64,000 bases of DNA from an uncultured Anaeromyxobacter sp. (lineage in GTDB: Bacteria; Myxococcota; Myxococcia; Myxococcales; Anaeromyxobacteraceae): the NCBI GenBank assembly GCA_903904005.1, contig CAIVAR010000185.1, forward strand, positions 17,052 through 81,051, in the 5' to 3' direction. Position numbers and translations under genes: made by a program. The notes under the pieces were generated by a model. It saw only the letters and a program-made list of their open reading frames with translations, was not told the DNA's origin and made no database searches. Each line of letters starts with the position of its first letter. Within the stretch, counting starts at the first letter, position 1. Shown here one piece after another: positions 62,404 to 64,000 of this stretch.

Positions 62404-62988
62404 GTGGAGCACGTTTCCCTCGACGAGATCTCCCCCGACCTGACCTTCCGCCTCCGGGACCCCGGGGACGTCTCGGAGCTGGCGTCGGCCATCGGCCGGC
62501 TCGGGCAGCTCACCCCGGTGGACCTGCGCCCCCTGCCCGGCGAGGGGGAGGGGAAGCGCTTTCAGGTGGTGGCCGGGTTCCGGCGGATGGAGGCCTTGCG
62601 CCTGCTGCAGCGGGAGCAGGTTCTCGCCCGCGTCCATCCCTCGCTCCCCGACGGGGATGCCTGGGCGCTCGCGCTCGCCGGGCCGATCTTCTCCGCGCCC
62701 TGGAGCCCGGCCGACCTGGACGCCGTCGCCGAGCGGGTCCGCGCACGGCTTCCGTGGGCGGCCCCGGCCGTCGAGGCGCTCCGCCGTCGATCCAGGGCGA
62801 AGGAGGCGGGCCCCGCCCGTTCCACCCTCGCCCACGCCCTGGCGGTCCGGGCCTACGAGCTGAACGGCGACGTGGCCGCCGCCTACGAGGGCTGGAGCAC
62901 CGTCCCCGCGGAGGGGCGCCGCCTCGTGATCGAGCAGCTCCGCTACCTGGTCCGCATCCTCCCCCTCCTGGAGAAGGAGAACCGATGA
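62404..62988 (+). CDS. ParB/Srx-domain protein (PadC-like candidate bactofilin-associated adaptor)
   Basis: GTG start 1 nt after the bactofilin stop. ParB N-terminal-domain pattern: LDEISPDLTFRLRD...LASAIGRLGQLTPVDLRP...FQVVAGFRRMEALRLL (GxxRxxA arginine motif). No HTH or dimerisation domain is evident. Confidence 0.7.
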   Translation: MEHVSLDEISPDLTFRLRDPGDVSELASAIGRLGQLTPVDLRPLPGEGEGKRFQVVAGFRRMEALRLLQREQVLARVHPSLPDGDAWALALAGPIFSAPWSPADLDAVAERVRARLPWAAPAVEALRRRSRAKEAGPARSTLAHALAVRAYELNGDVAAAYEGWSTVPAEGRRLVIEQLRYLVRILPLLEKENR

Positions 62989-63545
62989 GCATCGCCGAAG
63001 ACCGCACCCGCCTCCTCGAGCTCCTGCGCCAGCTCTCCTTCGAGCGGCGCAAGGTCGTCCTCGCCTCCGGCAAGGAGAGCGACTTCTACGTCGACTGCAA
63101 GCGGACCGCCCTCACCGCCGAGGGGCACGTCCTCGTGGGGCGAGTGCTCTTCGACCGGATCCGGCGCATCCAGCCGCTGGTGCGCGGGGCCGGCGGCCTG
63201 ACGCTCGGCGCCGACCCGCTGGCGAGCGCGGTGGCCTACGCGAGCTTCCTCGCCGGGGAGCCCATCGACGCCTTCATCGTGCGCAAGGAGCCCAAGGGGC
63301 ACGGCACCGGCCAGTGGATCGAGGGGCGCAAGACCATCCCCGACGGCAGCCGGGTGGCGGTGCTCGAGGACGTCATCACCACCGGCGGGAGCGCCGCCAA
63401 GGCCATCGAGCGCTGCCGAGGCGAGGGGCTCGTGGTGGCGGGCTGCTTCGCCCTCGTCGACCGGATGGAAGGGGGGCGCGAGGCCATCGAGGGGCTGGGC
63501 GTCCCGGTCGAGGCGCTCTTCACCCGACGCGATTTTCTGGGATAG
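62985..63545 (+). CDS. pyrE: Orotate phosphoribosyltransferase
   Basis: ATGA overlap with the upstream stop. SGKESDFYVDCK, and the PRPP-binding motif VAVLEDVITTGGS. Confidence 0.9.
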   Translation: MSIAEDRTRLLELLRQLSFERRKVVLASGKESDFYVDCKRTALTAEGHVLVGRVLFDRIRRIQPLVRGAGGLTLGADPLASAVAYASFLAGEPIDAFIVRKEPKGHGTGQWIEGRKTIPDGSRVAVLEDVITTGGSAAKAIERCRGEGLVVAGCFALVDRMEGGREAIEGLGVPVEALFTRRDFLG

Positions 63546-63553
63546 TGCCGGAC

Positions 63554-64000
63554 ATGAAGCGGTTCCTGCTGCTCGCCCTGCTCCTCCCCGCCTGCGCCTA
63601 CTTCGGGCCGGCCAACGACCTCTCCACGAAGGAGGGCGCCTGGGCGCAGGCGCGCGACGCCGCCACCCGGACCGCCAAGGTCTACAACGTCCTCGACGAC
63701 GTGGCCTTCGCCACCGCCACCTGGCAGTCGTCCGAGGTCCGGGCCGCACGGGTCGAGCGGCTCGCCCAGTGGAAGGGGATGCTGCCGGCGGAGAAGGAGG
63801 CGCTCGCCGCGAAGGAGAAGGCGGAGGAGGCCGACGGCGAGGAGTTCCTGCTCGCCTTCTTCACCGACGACCGGCGCGCCAACGACCTCGCCACCGATCG
63901 GGGCACCTGGCGGGTCTCGCTGCTCGTCGACGGGACGGAGCAGGCGGTCGCCGCCAAGGTGACCCTCGTGAAGAAGGACCCCACCCTGCAGATCCTCTAC
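63554..64000 (+). CDS. Partial CDS (continues beyond the window): hypothetical lipoprotein
   Basis: Hand translation: MKRFLLLALLLPACAYFGPANDLSTKEGAWAQARDAATR... (lipobox LLPAC). The frame is open to the window end with GC-rich third positions. It is absent from the ORF track because no stop lies in the window. Confidence 0.55.
   Translation, partial: MKRFLLLALLLPACAYFGPANDLSTKEGAWAQARDAATRTAKVYNVLDDVAFATATWQSSEVRAARVERLAQWKGMLPAEKEALAAKEKAEEADGEEFLLAFFTDDRRANDLATDRGTWRVSLLVDGTEQAVAAKVTLVKKDPTLQILY

Overview
This is a 64-kb, very GC-rich bacterial chromosomal window. Almost every long Arg/Pro/Gly-rich ORF in the track is an off-frame or antisense shadow of a real gene. The gene content (short OPX export lipoprotein, bactofilin next to a ParB/Srx protein, NtrC-type regulators) suggests Myxococcota, possibly Anaeromyxobacter-like, but that is inference only. 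All family calls come from reading motifs in the translations; no searches were run.

Layout:
- 1-31.4 kb: one large Wzx/Wzy-type polysaccharide (EPS/capsule-like) locus. It contains a short OPX lipoprotein plus a probable beta-barrel partner, a processive-type GT2, a natural PCP-Wzy fusion and a second PCP, a Wzx flippase, two further GT2 genes, four LbH acyltransferase domains and three secreted glycanase-type proteins (GH18-CBM-SGNH, GH44, beta-helix). It also contains an FkbH + carrier-protein module, and a cassette of ATP-grasp, FemAB/CelD-like GNAT, alpha/beta hydrolase, PLP decarboxylase, Cys-less AsnB-like enzyme and 2H phosphoesterase. A 6x Big_2 lipoprotein closes the locus.
- 31.7-37.9 kb: glutamate synthase gltBD.
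- 38-64 kb: housekeeping and regulatory genes. These are an MFS transporter, DEAD-box helicase, ABC-F, an OmpR-type two-component system, pruA, and an NtrC-type two-component system with TolC set divergently to a HlyD/2xABC/2xABC-2 efflux operon. They are followed by a nitrilase-family hydrolase, a TPR protein, a lysophospholipase, bactofilin + ParB/Srx protein, pyrE and a partial lipoprotein.

I recognised no rRNA, tRNA, CRISPR array, transposase or integrase.

Best candidates for undescribed biology:
- The carrier-protein/FkbH module with LbH fusions, sitting in a glycan locus with no PKS in view.
- The amide-forming/amine-generating decoration cassette. It resembles the unexplained accessory set of exosortase-type EPS loci, but no exosortase is visible here.
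- The PCP-Wzy single-polypeptide fusion.
- A 177-nt palindromic element that buries the ribosome-binding region of an ABC ATPase gene.
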